A DNA stretch of 64,000 nucleotides from a virus, in IMG/VR virus record IMGVR_UViG_3300002141_000152, positions 44,971-108,970 of that record, one strand, 5' to 3'. Positions within the stretch are counted from its first letter, which is position 1, and every line of letters starts with the position of its first letter. Positions 30,980 through 41,261 of this stretch are shown here, one piece after another. Position numbers and translations under genes: made by a program. Under the pieces are notes generated by a model that saw only the letters and a list, made by a program, of their open reading frames with translations, did not search any database and was not told where the DNA came from.

Positions 30980-32536
30980 CTAGGAGATATCTCCCCTAAG
31001 GTCATTTACTGCAATATCATTTGCTCCCATGTGAGAGCCTGCACTCTTTGAATAGTTAACAGCCGCAATCATTTTCTTCTTTGCGTTTAAATTATTGGAT
31101 CCACCGGCTGAATTCTCTCCGCCAGTATAATAGTATTTTACTGTGTCCGGAAAGTCGGCTGTGAGTTTTGTATAGAAATTCTCAGTATTTGCGTTTTGCC
31201 CTATCCAAATGTCAACTAGATAAATTGCGGCCCATTCGGATGCAGCTACTTTAGCTAGCAAGCTCATCCCAGGTAAATATCCGCCAGAGAATAGGTATAG
31301 AATCTTTTTAGCCGGAGTTAAGTTTAAACCAGATATTTCAGACCAGGCTTTAGCGCCGTCTATTTTTGAAGAATTTGCAATAAATGTTGTTGCTTTTGAT
31401 AAAGTATCCTCTTTAAAATAGTCATACATATAAGAACCGCTTGATCTTCCACCGACATCAATTCCACCGAATACAACAATTAACGGCGCTGACTTATTTG
31501 AATTAATATTGATTTTTCCTTGAGAAAGAGTTTGTGTGTAGTTAGGCAAACCCACCTGATTAACTTGATTAACTTGTGTAGGCGAGGCTTTCGCAATTAC
31601 CTCAGGAGAAATTTGAACACCAAAGAGTGCACCATATGTGATAGGTCCAACTATTCCGTCTACTTTAAGCGGTGCACCAGATGTATCTTTATTTTCAGAT
31701 TGAAATTTTCTTACTGCCTGGTCGGTCGCAGCATCATAATTACCAGATTGAGTTACACCAAGCTTTGCTTGAACTTTAGTTACCTCTTCTCCCTGCATAC
31801 CTAATTTTAATAATTTTGCTCCAGATTTAATTTGTGCCATATTAATATCTTGGTTATTTGCTGTTGTAGGTGAATCAATATTATCCTTTGTATCTGCTGA
31901 AAAATCGGTTTTTTGATTAGTAAGTGTTTGACTTATAGTATTTTCAAATTTTTCATCGCGGCTTCCTTTAAAATAATCAATGAATCCAATTAAAGAATTA
32001 GCGCTTAACTCTCTTTTGTTGATTCCAACTCTATCTCCTTCTCCAGATAACTGGTCATTTGTATTTCCTTCAATTGACTTAAATGATCTATTTGTAATAT
32101 CGACTGAAACTACTATTCCGGTGTGTCCTGTTCCCTTTCCAGGTCGACTCATAATAAATATTTGTCCGGGTTTTACTAATCCTGGATTTTTTCTGGCAGC
32201 ATCTATTGTTATTTTTAGTGATGAGTCAGCTTTGCTCCAGTGATTCAGTACACCTGCAGTTTTAGGCAAAGTGTTTGAAATGCCTAATGCTGAAGAAAGA
32301 TCGCTAAACATTGAATAAACAAAAGCCATACACCATGGATATCCAGGACCAAGTCCTGTGGCGCTTAAGTATTTGCTTACTTCTGGTCCTTTATTTGAAC
32401 CCTTTGGCTGCTCTTTTACTTGGTAATTTGATTTTAATATTTCTGCAAAGCGATCGCCTGCAACAGCTGGAGTATCTATTGATAATGCAGTCTCATATAA
32501 TCGCTTCCAGTTTTTATAATTAAGTAGTACTCCCAT
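30980..32536 (-). CDS. CHAP-domain peptidoglycan hydrolase with PG-binding domain
   Basis: PWCMAFV, GHTGIV, IEGNT (CHAP); AVRKFQ...LKVDGIVGPIT (PG_binding_1). Confidence 0.8.
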   Translation of the reverse strand: MGVLLNYKNWKRLYETALSIDTPAVAGDRFAEILKSNYQVKEQPKGSNKGPEVSKYLSATGLGPGYPWCMAFVYSMFSDLSSALGISNTLPKTAGVLNHWSKADSSLKITIDAARKNPGLVKPGQIFIMSRPGKGTGHTGIVVSVDITNRSFKSIEGNTNDQLSGEGDRVGINKRELSANSLIGFIDYFKGSRDEKFENTISQTLTNQKTDFSADTKDNIDSPTTANNQDINMAQIKSGAKLLKLGMQGEEVTKVQAKLGVTQSGNYDAATDQAVRKFQSENKDTSGAPLKVDGIVGPITYGALFGVQISPEVIAKASPTQVNQVNQVGLPNYTQTLSQGKININSNKSAPLIVVFGGIDVGGRSSGSYMYDYFKEDTLSKATTFIANSSKIDGAKAWSEISGLNLTPAKKILYLFSGGYLPGMSLLAKVAASEWAAIYLVDIWIGQNANTENFYTKLTADFPDTVKYYYTGGENSAGGSNNLNAKKKMIAAVNYSKSAGSHMGANDIAVNDLRGDIS

Positions 32537-32620
32537 TAATTTTATTTATTTTCAAAATACCTAGTATTCTACATGAACTAATTTTTTATCATACATCAAG
32601 AGATATACAATATTAATTAT

Positions 32621-33214
32621 CTAAATAATATCTTTGCTTTCTAATAACGTGTAAGTAAACGAATTACCGTGTAGGTCTTTAGCTTTGCGACAGATTGTCA
32701 TAAATGCTTCAAAATCAGCAGATTTTTTAAATACTTGACAACCTTCTGACCAGTTTTCTACGTACGTCGAATCTGCACCAGCTTTATGAATGTTTATACC
32801 AAAAATTCCCTCTTGGATTTGGTTCTCTTCGTAAGTCATGTTACGATTGGCATCACGATATACCTTAACTGGTTTAGCCTGACCTAACGCTTCATATTTT
32901 CCTTGGTGTAAACGAATTGTATGAGATCCTCGATATTGTCCAGGAACTAATCGCGCAACACCAGCTGCATTATGATATTCCATTACTCCTTTTTTTCCAG
33001 GATCAGTTGTTGCTTGCCATGATTTAAACTGCCAAAGTCCATTGACCTTATATGAAATGGTTAAAGTATCATCAAATGAATTAGTTACAACTTGTCCAAC
33101 CGCTGAGTTTCTAACTCCTACAATATTAACATTGTAATCACTCGCACTATCAAACCATAAATATCCTTTAGCTTTAATTGCAGCTTCTATTTTTTCTTTA
33201 GAATAAGGTGTCAT
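32621..33214 (-). CDS. putative lysin, YkuD/L,D-transpeptidase-like
   Basis: TTDPG, GINIH...WSEGCQV (His/Cys motif). Confidence 0.6.
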   Translation of the reverse strand: MTPYSKEKIEAAIKAKGYLWFDSASDYNVNIVGVRNSAVGQVVTNSFDDTLTISYKVNGLWQFKSWQATTDPGKKGVMEYHNAAGVARLVPGQYRGSHTIRLHQGKYEALGQAKPVKVYRDANRNMTYEENQIQEGIFGINIHKAGADSTYVENWSEGCQVFKKSADFEAFMTICRKAKDLHGNSFTYTLLESKDII

Positions 33215-33297
33215 CAGAATAAAAGTATTTATATTATTTATCAGGTAAAACAGTGTTGATAATTTAGTATAATAATCTAACTAGACAATTAATTAAA

Positions 33298-33744
33298 ATG
33301 CAGACAGTAATATTTGACTTAGACGGTACTCTTGCACTAATTAGCAAACGCAGAGACTTTGCAAATGCACATGGAAAATTTGATTGGAGCACGTTCTTTG
33401 ATCCAAAGAATATTAATTTAGATGAGCCAAATTGGCCAGTAATTCACGCATGTAGATCATTAGCTGCTGCTGGATTTACGATTGTGATCTTTAGTGGTCG
33501 GGATGATATTTCTAAAAAGGAAACAGTTGATTGGCTTGAAAATTATGGTATTATATTTAATACTCTGCGAATGCGAAAACATGGAGACAATATGCCCGAT
33601 CAAATTCTAAAGAAGATGTGGCTAGAAGAACTTTTTCCAGACAAGAGCGATATTCTTTGTGTGTTTGATGATCGAGATAAAGTCGTGAAGATGTGGAGAG
33701 CCGAAGGCCTTACTTGTTTTCAAGTAGCAGAAGGTAAATTCTAA
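33298..33744 (+). CDS. PseT-like HAD polynucleotide 3'-phosphatase domain
   Basis: FDLDGTLA, FSGR, LRMR, FDDRDKVVKMWR. Confidence 0.8.
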   Translation: MQTVIFDLDGTLALISKRRDFANAHGKFDWSTFFDPKNINLDEPNWPVIHACRSLAAAGFTIVIFSGRDDISKKETVDWLENYGIIFNTLRMRKHGDNMPDQILKKMWLEELFPDKSDILCVFDDRDKVVKMWRAEGLTCFQVAEGKF

Positions 33745-33773
33745 ATAAAAATCAATTAATATAAAAAATAATT

Positions 33774-34208
33774 ATGGAAAATCTACTTAATCGTATTGAA
33801 AAGGAGGCTGGCAAATATCGATCCGCCTCTGAACAAGCACTTGACCATTTACAAATGGCTCACGCCGTTCTATTTGAAGAGTATTATGGAAATGATCAGC
33901 ATGGATTCTTGACTAATCTTGAATCAATGATTAATACTTTATCAATTAATCCATGTGAATTGGAACTCCTGAATTACGAAGGGCCTGTTCTAAAATTGGT
34001 CAAGATGGCTGATAATAAATTCCATATGATAGATCAATGGAAAGAGGAACTCTCAGTACTCAATAGATCCCAAGTCCTTGCATTCGTCACTGGCGAAACC
34101 CAGGTTATTGATTCTAGAGGAAATAAATATCGATACCCAGAGCACGCAGCCGCTGCAAAACCAACCTGCGAAACGCTAAATAATTTTATTTATGAAAAAA
34201 ATAATTGA
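33774..34208 (+). CDS. hypothetical protein
   Basis: 144-aa ORF. Confidence 0.55.
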   Translation: MENLLNRIEKEAGKYRSASEQALDHLQMAHAVLFEEYYGNDQHGFLTNLESMINTLSINPCELELLNYEGPVLKLVKMADNKFHMIDQWKEELSVLNRSQVLAFVTGETQVIDSRGNKYRYPEHAAAAKPTCETLNNFIYEKNN

Positions 34209-34389
34209 TACGATATTTGACTTACTCAGTAAAGTTCCAAATTGGTTAATTTTCCTAGGAATTATAGTTGGCACTTTCATTTTTTGGGCAGTAATCATCG
34301 CGCTTTGTAAATAGCAACAACTTAATTATTAAACTAAAAAGGCAATTAACTTTACGGTAATTGCCTTTTTATTATTTTGTGTGATGAGA

Positions 34390-36249
34390 TTATTTAATCT
34401 CACAAGATCCACCAGCGCATGCTAATTCTCCAGATAGATTAGTATTATCATCGAATTCAATTACTTGTGTTAAATCAACATCTGATAAACTCTTCATTAA
34501 TTTATCATATGTTTCTTTAGTACAGTCTTCAAATGGTGCTTGTGTGTAAGTTCCACCATCATATGGAAGAACAGATAAGCCATTATAGTAGTTTCTATTT
34601 TCCCACATCCACTGTCCAACTAAATCCCACTCTTCGTCTTTAATTGAAATAGTTGCAGATACATTGTGCGTGTTTGCACCATTTCCATGACCGGAACGAA
34701 CCCATTCAGTAGAAACTTTTTTAACTCGCTCTAATAAACCAAATACTGATTCAGTACGAACGATTGAACCTTCTGGCGCCATTTGCGGAATTGAGATAAT
34801 TGCAGTATCATGTGGACGGAAATAATCGTCTTCGATTAAATCTGGATGATTGGTTACTAAGTAGGTATAAATTGTCTCGTTCTTACCAACACGAAGTCGT
34901 CTGATATAATATGCACTATGCCATGCATGGATTCCAGAGGAAGTTCCAAGAACGAGTGAACTTGTTCCACTTGGTTTTACAGTGGTGGTTCTAGCAGCTT
35001 TATTGATTCCAAGCAGTGCAGCAACTCTAACATTTTCTTCTTTTACAACCTTTGCTGCTTTTTTCATGTCATATCCTAAAACTACTCCCGATCCAATTCC
35101 AGTCATACCAACTCCAATAAGAGCGTCCTTTTCAGTAGTGCGTTTCCAAATATCTCTTAGATAATGGAAGTCAGTGTAGCCTGCTTGTAGAGTTCCAATA
35201 AATGCTGCAGCTTTTACTCGCATTTCAAAATCTTCTTGAGATTCGATATCGGATCCGTTAACTTCACATAGGTTGCAAAATTGGTACGGTCTAAGAGCAA
35301 TTTCACAACATGGATTTGTACCCCAATCTTTATCATTTGATAAGTAGATTCCAGGTTCTCCAGCTCCGCTTAATTCAATACGTTTCCATAAGTCTAAGAA
35401 ATAGTCTTTCGTAATACGATGTCTCATTAAGACCGCTGAGTTGTTTGCTCTACCTCTCTGAGGATTAGTTTCCCACCAATTACCGGATTTACATGAAATC
35501 ATTTCTTCATCGTCTGCTGAGAATAGTGCAATTAATGCAGCTCTACGAATTCCTCCAGCCAACACTGCATCTGCAATATAACATACGATATCATGAGTTT
35601 CAATTGGAGTTAATTTAGAACCGTCAACTTTTGCGTCTAATACTTTTTTAATATTATGTAAGCAGTCCTTAAGTGGCTGAGGTCCTGGTGCTTTACCACC
35701 AGACGTAACTAACCTTGCACCTTTAGGACGAATATCTGAAAAATCAAATACTGGAGCAGAGGACTTTGATCCAAAATAGGATTCCAGTAAGATTTTAATA
35801 GAATCAGCCCATCCTTCAATTGAGTCACTAATTAGGTATCTGCGAGTTCTTCCTGAACTTGGTTTTTTAAGTTCAGGTAATTTTTCTACATGATGTTTTT
35901 GAACCGAGTAACCTACTCCAGTTCCACCAAGTAGTAGGAACATTGTTTCTGAAAAAGCATCAGTGTGGTCAATCGGCAAGTAGGCACAGTTATAGACACG
36001 GTTTGGCGAAATTTCAATTGGTTTTCCACCAAATTGTAAGCTTCGCATAGAAGGCAAGACTTTCTTATCAAACACTAATTTGTATTTTTCACGGATTTCT
36101 CCTTCAAGTGAAGGATATTTTTTAATATGCATATTCATGTTTCGAGTAACGAGTTCTTTCCATGTTTCGCGGCGACTTACTTCAGGCACGTATTTTGCAT
36201 ACTTCATGTGTACTGTCAATTCTGATAAAATTTTCTTTGAGATATCCAT
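34390..36249 (-). CDS. nrdJ: class II (B12-dependent) ribonucleotide reductase
   Basis: TNPCCEI, FCNLCE, TVKPSGT, C-terminal ACAGGSCE; no beta-subunit gene nearby. Confidence 0.9.
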   Translation of the reverse strand: MDISKKILSELTVHMKYAKYVPEVSRRETWKELVTRNMNMHIKKYPSLEGEIREKYKLVFDKKVLPSMRSLQFGGKPIEISPNRVYNCAYLPIDHTDAFSETMFLLLGGTGVGYSVQKHHVEKLPELKKPSSGRTRRYLISDSIEGWADSIKILLESYFGSKSSAPVFDFSDIRPKGARLVTSGGKAPGPQPLKDCLHNIKKVLDAKVDGSKLTPIETHDIVCYIADAVLAGGIRRAALIALFSADDEEMISCKSGNWWETNPQRGRANNSAVLMRHRITKDYFLDLWKRIELSGAGEPGIYLSNDKDWGTNPCCEIALRPYQFCNLCEVNGSDIESQEDFEMRVKAAAFIGTLQAGYTDFHYLRDIWKRTTEKDALIGVGMTGIGSGVVLGYDMKKAAKVVKEENVRVAALLGINKAARTTTVKPSGTSSLVLGTSSGIHAWHSAYYIRRLRVGKNETIYTYLVTNHPDLIEDDYFRPHDTAIISIPQMAPEGSIVRTESVFGLLERVKKVSTEWVRSGHGNGANTHNVSATISIKDEEWDLVGQWMWENRNYYNGLSVLPYDGGTYTQAPFEDCTKETYDKLMKSLSDVDLTQVIEFDDNTNLSGELACAGGSCEIK

Positions 36250-36433
36250 CCAATATTATTTTTTATTATGCACAAGAGTATGTGTGTAGTGTCTTTTTAT
36301 TATATATGAAATCTAATATTAAGTTCTATATAATAGTTAGGTTTTTTCAATAAAAATTTGACAAAATTTACCTAGAGTAGTGTATGTAGTTAACTCAGAT
36401 ATACTTAATTTTTAAAATAAATTTACGATTTAA

Positions 36434-37012
36434 TTAAGTATTAAACTTATTGAAGTAATCTTTCTTCGTTCGGTGTTTTGCCGGAAAGTCTCTACTTTCA
36501 AAGTCAAGATGGTCAACTGCCCACTGCATCGCTTTGGTGTAGAATTCAGGATGTGACATCTCAGCTGGAAATATTTTAATTGTGTCATCCATTGAACCGA
36601 TGCGATTTCGATATGTACCCGTGTGCATCTCTTGTCTTTTTGGAGTCATGCGTCGAACTCGTCTAACATCACCAAAAAATCCTATACCGTATTCTGTATG
36701 ACGATTATATCCTGGTTTTGCAAAAACAATATTTCCACGACTCAATTGTAGTGGCGACGAGCTCACTTCTAAACCTAGGGCAAGTAGTGCCCGTGCTCCA
36801 GGAGTTTCTAGTGCCGCCTTGACTTCAGGTAAAAGTAGGTGTTTACCGCCTTCTCCCCTAAGCATAGCAGCACGGTGTAAAGCTGTAGCCTCTCGCCTAA
36901 ACTCAGCACGATCAATTAGTCCGAGATCAATAAGCGACTGTAATACTTCTAATTGAGTTTCAATACTTGGCTCGCTAGATTCATTAATAAATTGACTAAA
37001 TCCTTTTATCAT
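36434..37012 (-). CDS. CTS-like leader + SHOCT-like helix + variable domain
   Basis: MIKGFSQFINE...LQSLIDLGLIDRAEF. Confidence 0.6.
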   Translation of the reverse strand: MIKGFSQFINESSEPSIETQLEVLQSLIDLGLIDRAEFRREATALHRAAMLRGEGGKHLLLPEVKAALETPGARALLALGLEVSSSPLQLSRGNIVFAKPGYNRHTEYGIGFFGDVRRVRRMTPKRQEMHTGTYRNRIGSMDDTIKIFPAEMSHPEFYTKAMQWAVDHLDFESRDFPAKHRTKKDYFNKFNT

Positions 37013-37029
37013 GTGAGATAATATTTTAA

Positions 37030-37866
37030 TTATTTATTTGAGATACTATGTGTCACATCCTGAATACGAATATTCCAGATTACCATTAGCTCACGGTGTA
37101 AGTCATCAATAAGATGAGGTATATCGCGTTCACTAAAGAAGTCAAGATTTAGTGAATAAGAATTATGCCGACCACCTCCACCTTCAATTGAATTGATTTG
37201 AATATCCTTTGCGCGTAATATCTTTGCTAAGATCGGTTTAAGATCAACATCGCATCCCTCAGCATTAAAATGGATTAGTGTAGCCACATCAGGTTTTAGG
37301 AAACTAGGTCTGAAACCAACGGCTTCATCCAAAGGATTTGGCCATTCGAGTGGCTCGTCAAAAATATCATTACCATTACAGCTAATAAATGAAAATACTC
37401 GACCTAAAAGCCCTGTTAGTGATTGGCGTAGCTCTTCAAGATTATTTTTGCGATTATAATATAGATCAAACCTTGCAAAAACTCGCATAGCATAATTAGT
37501 CACTTCTGACTCATCTTCTTCGTCACCCTGTTCCCAATGGTCCCCTTCCACCCAATCATCAATATCAATACTACCCGGATCAATAAGACTATTCTCTGGT
37601 GTGATCGACCCATCAGCCAACCACCCATTTAGTAGATCGAGTGCTTCGGTTGAGTTATGCCCTGCTGCCCAACCCCAATCGAATTCAAGTTCAATATGGA
37701 ATGTTGCATACTGATCTGGATCAAGGTCAAACTGAAGTTTAGCATATTCGCTTTGAGAAATTAGACCAGTTTTCAATAAGTCAGCTAATACTTGTAATTG
37801 ATCTTCTCTCGATGACTGAGGCTCAGAGTTCTCAAATAGTCCAAGATATTTCTTGATATATTTCAT
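37030..37866 (-). CDS. CTS-like leader + SHOCT-like helix + acidic domain
   Basis: MKYIKKYLGLFE...LADLLKTGLISQSEY. Confidence 0.6.
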   Translation of the reverse strand: MKYIKKYLGLFENSEPQSSREDQLQVLADLLKTGLISQSEYAKLQFDLDPDQYATFHIELEFDWGWAAGHNSTEALDLLNGWLADGSITPENSLIDPGSIDIDDWVEGDHWEQGDEEDESEVTNYAMRVFARFDLYYNRKNNLEELRQSLTGLLGRVFSFISCNGNDIFDEPLEWPNPLDEAVGFRPSFLKPDVATLIHFNAEGCDVDLKPILAKILRAKDIQINSIEGGGGRHNSYSLNLDFFSERDIPHLIDDLHRELMVIWNIRIQDVTHSISNK

Positions 37867-37873
37867 AGTATAA

Positions 37874-38341
37874 TTATTTATTAAGAGAGACATATTTAAA
37901 AATAGATTTTGGAAAGGTTTCTATCCATTTTAATAGTATATCAAGTTGGATGCTTGATCTGAATACGAGGTCAGCCTGTGCCCTGCATCGAAGATCTCGA
38001 TTCATCTGCATTTCTCCTTCCCAAAAATCGTCTCCACTCCACGAGTCAACCCGTATTGAATCCGGATCCACAAACGAACCTGCTGGCGGTGCGCTTAGAT
38101 CACATAATTGCTTAACTAAAAATTCCCGCGCCTCTTCCGAGGTTCCAGCCTGCTCATATGCCCAGTCCCACCAAAATTCAACCTTGATTTTCTTGCGATC
38201 ATAAAGTTGAGGTTCAAATTCTGACATGTACTTGTGATATTCAAGTTCACTGATTAGTCCAAGACGTAGCAGATCTTCAACTACTTCTCCCTGACTAAGA
38301 TCATCAGAGTGTACTTCATATAATCTAATATGTTTCATCAT
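37874..38341 (-). CDS. paralog of 37030-37866
   Basis: MMKHIRLYE...VEDLLRLGLISELEY; shared EFxWxWA and DPxSIxxDxWxxxDxWE. Confidence 0.6.
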   Translation of the reverse strand: MMKHIRLYEVHSDDLSQGEVVEDLLRLGLISELEYHKYMSEFEPQLYDRKKIKVEFWWDWAYEQAGTSEEAREFLVKQLCDLSAPPAGSFVDPDSIRVDSWSGDDFWEGEMQMNRDLRCRAQADLVFRSSIQLDILLKWIETFPKSIFKYVSLNK

Positions 38342-38454
38342 TACTTTTGAAAATATTTTTTATAATTTCTACTAAAGAATAATTTTCAATATTTTTGTGC
38401 AACTAAAATTTCATCAGCTACACCTATTTACACTAAATGAAACTTGTCGTTTAC

Positions 38455-38592
38455 TCAGGATTTGATAAAAATTCTGTTATTGCAGAAATTATGTGTTGCT
38501 CGAACTGCCTGTTCGTATAGTGCCTGCTCCTCGATTTGGCGTCTAATTGCTAATTGCTCTGGGCTCTCTGAACCCCAGTTGATAAATGACAT
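38455..38592 (-). CDS. 45-aa ORF, possibly a truncated late gene
   Basis: MSFINWGSESPEQLAIRRQIEEQALYEQAVR...; ATAAATAA upstream. Confidence 0.35.
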   Translation of the reverse strand: MSFINWGSESPEQLAIRRQIEEQALYEQAVRATHNFCNNRIFIKS

Positions 38593-38708
38593 TTAGGTTA
38601 GTTATTTTTATTATTTATTTACGCTAAATCTTATTAAATACTTTATACTAAAAGAATATCTTAGTATCTTATTTGTAGAAATAGGAGTTTGATTCTTCGA
38701 CCGATTAC

Positions 38709-38835
38709 AAAAGTAGAAACAACGCGTCCCCAGTTTCTTGTTGACCATGCACAGTCAAAGGATTTATAAGGATGCTAAAAGTAGAAACAACATCTCTGAG
38801 TTTCTTGTTCCGTGCATAGGGAAGGAGTTAAAGGG
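38709..38835. repeat. two-copy ~60-bp tandem repeat with conserved two-hairpin structure
   Basis: AAAAGTAGAAACAAC...AGTTTCTTGTT...TGCA.AG...AAGGA at 38709 and 38777. Confidence 0.65.
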
Positions 38836-38893
38836 GAGTGAGATTGGGTGACGTTTATCTTTTGTAACTCAACAACAAACAGAAAAAGGTGTT

Positions 38894-38974
38894 AGTCAGG
38901 TAGTCGCAATTGGTGGCGCTAGTGTAAAATCTGTAAAACAGGCACTGCAGCAGGTTCGAATCCTGTCCTGACTA
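38894..38974 (+). ncRNA. tRNA-like RNA with non-canonical anticodon region
   Basis: AGTCAGG/CCTGACT acceptor stem, GCAGG-TTCGAAT-CCTGT T arm; no 5-bp/7-nt anticodon arm. Confidence 0.65.
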
Positions 38975-39030
38975 CAAAAAACGATACTTATGTCGATTAA
39001 TACAAGGGACACTAATACCAAAGAGGCACT

Positions 39031-39369
39031 ATGAACTTATTACTAGGTATACTATATGGGCTAATAGCTCAAGCGCTCACCTTTATACAATTACAGGGAC
39101 AGTTTAAAATTGACTGGATGAAACACAATATTATATGGGTAATGTGTATGGGTATGCCCATATCATTCCTGTACCTCATGTCAGTAAAGCATCTTGTAGA
39201 TCATTTTGGAGGTCAGCTTTGGCCATCAAGACTACTAGGCTTTGCGCTAGGGGCAGTTGTATTTACAATAATGTCCTCGTGGTGGTTTCAAGAGCCACTG
39301 TCACTAAAAACGATTATCTGTTTAGGACTTGCACTGGGTATCATGGTTGTACAACTAACTGTAAAATGA
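39031..39369 (+). CDS. small 4-TM membrane protein (SMR/DMT-like)
   Basis: 112 aa, four hydrophobic segments, FQEPLSLKT. Confidence 0.55.
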   Translation: MNLLLGILYGLIAQALTFIQLQGQFKIDWMKHNIIWVMCMGMPISFLYLMSVKHLVDHFGGQLWPSRLLGFALGAVVFTIMSSWWFQEPLSLKTIICLGLALGIMVVQLTVK

Positions 39370-39908
39370 AAATACTGGCGATTGCTCTACTTATAACAAT
39401 TCGGGCATCGGCCGTTCAATACGACCCACTAGACTCTACTTACTATATTACTCTACCGACTTGTGATATAGTCGCTGACCGGGTGTTTGGGACAGCTAAG
39501 GAAAGAGCTGAGTGGAATACACTAAAAGCAAACGTTAAAAGGGTCTATCCATACTCAATTTGGGTTAAGCTAAAATTAGCCGAGATGGAGGCTCAACTCC
39601 ATTTTTATGGATCAGAAAAAGAGAAGAACCTATTTATTGCCAAGTCAGAAAAAGAGCTAATTGCCTCCTTTGAATTGGAGATTAGGGGGTTAACTGTTAC
39701 ACAGGGTAAGATATTAGTAAAGTTAATTGGGAAAGAGACGGGGTCCACCGCTTATCAAATTATTAGAGAGAGGAGAGGCCGGGTGCCATCGCTGATATGG
39801 CAAGGGGTATCCCTCGTATTTGGAGGCAACCTAAAAACAGAGTACGATAAAAACAGGGATAAAAATATAGAAGATATTGTTAACTTAATTGAATTAGGAT
39901 TATTATGA
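39366..39908 (+). CDS. DUF4294-like exported protein (Bacteroidota type)
   Basis: Start MKILAIALL (signal-like); NVKRVYPY, LTVTQGKILVKLI.KETG. Confidence 0.65.
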   Translation: MKILAIALLITIRASAVQYDPLDSTYYITLPTCDIVADRVFGTAKERAEWNTLKANVKRVYPYSIWVKLKLAEMEAQLHFYGSEKEKNLFIAKSEKELIASFELEIRGLTVTQGKILVKLIGKETGSTAYQIIRERRGRVPSLIWQGVSLVFGGNLKTEYDKNRDKNIEDIVNLIELGLL

Positions 39909-40630
39909 AGACACTAAACTGGTCCGGCCACGAATGGATAACCCAAGAGAGGTGGGGAGATCTACACCCCGAAAAACCCTACTGCTGGTATGACCCACAT
40001 GCCGTGAGTATTGATGCCGATGGCTACCTACACTTAAAAACACGCTACAATCCAAAGTGGTTTAACGATAAAGGGCTTTGGAGTAATACTGGAGTAGGAC
40101 TCGTCTCCTCCACTACTCAATTTAAGTGGGGAACTTTTGAAATAGAGGCTAAACTACCACGGGGACTAAATTTATGGCCGGCCTTTTGGATGTGGTCTTG
40201 GGACTCTTGGCCACCAGAAATTGATGTGTTTGAAGGCTACTCAGATAAGAATCCAAACTACCTAGACTTATCAAATCTTCTAAAAATTAGAAAGGTAGAA
40301 TCTAATATTCACTGGCGTGAAGAAGGGAATAAGCCAAAAACCTTAGGAGCAAGGAGACACTGGATGGGATTTGGGGATCCAACAAAAAAGTTTATCAAAT
40401 ATAAAATGATATGGCTGCCAGAGTCAATTAGCATCTACTATAATAATCGACTTGTAAGGCGGGTCAAAGATCTAAAAATACTTGAGCAGTTAAATGCAAC
40501 AACACTAAATGTCGTTATTAATAATCACGTAACCCACAAAGCAGACTCTACTTACCGGACTGACCAGCCGGCATCACTGGCTCAAGAGTCAGATTTTGTA
40601 ATCAAACGATTCCACTACACCAGGCTATGA
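39905..40630 (+). CDS. glycoside hydrolase family 16
   Basis: WPAFWM...PPEIDVFE (ExDxxE catalytic motif). Confidence 0.85.
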   Translation: MKTLNWSGHEWITQERWGDLHPEKPYCWYDPHAVSIDADGYLHLKTRYNPKWFNDKGLWSNTGVGLVSSTTQFKWGTFEIEAKLPRGLNLWPAFWMWSWDSWPPEIDVFEGYSDKNPNYLDLSNLLKIRKVESNIHWREEGNKPKTLGARRHWMGFGDPTKKFIKYKMIWLPESISIYYNNRLVRRVKDLKILEQLNATTLNVVINNHVTHKADSTYRTDQPASLAQESDFVIKRFHYTRL

Positions 40631-40691
40631 AAAAATTATCTTAACTACGATCCCATCGAAGAGCAGAATAAATAACAATAAAAAAGAAATT

Positions 40692-41231
40692 ATGCAACAT
40701 ATTAAATTATTTGAGAATTTCCAGGATTCTAGCTGGAATGAGTCATTTCGAACTCTTGCAAAATTAGCTAAGCCAATAACTAAAAATCAGTTTATTCGGT
40801 GGAATGATGATACATCTCTTCCTGAAGAAGGCTGGGAAGCCCTAATACAATTCTTTATTAAAGGCGGCGTTATTGATAATAAAGATAGAATAGCAAAGGA
40901 ACTTGGAGAAGAAAGTAGTCAAGATGTCGTTGACTTACTTAACCTTGGATTAATTAATTGGGATGATATGCTCGATATACTTGATGTTAATATTATGCTT
41001 CTTGAAGGAGAAACTTTTCCAATGGATGTAATAATGAATAACCAAATAATGGATTTTTATAATTATGATATATGGAATGCTCCTAATGAAGGTAAACAGA
41101 TTTATGCTGATCCGGCGGATAATCTTGAAATTTTTGCTACTACGATTAATAATGTAAAATTATGCCAAATTCGAATTGATTCGTATAGTGTTATATGCTT
41201 TTCTTCCAACTTTGAAAAATATTTAAAATAG
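40692..41231 (+). CDS. hypothetical late protein with CTS-like leader
   Basis: MQHIKLFENF; internal VDLLNLGLI. Confidence 0.6.
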   Translation: MQHIKLFENFQDSSWNESFRTLAKLAKPITKNQFIRWNDDTSLPEEGWEALIQFFIKGGVIDNKDRIAKELGEESSQDVVDLLNLGLINWDDMLDILDVNIMLLEGETFPMDVIMNNQIMDFYNYDIWNAPNEGKQIYADPADNLEIFATTINNVKLCQIRIDSYSVICFSSNFEKYLK

Positions 41232-41261
41232 AAAATTGATAAATTTTAGAGAGCGGGCAGA

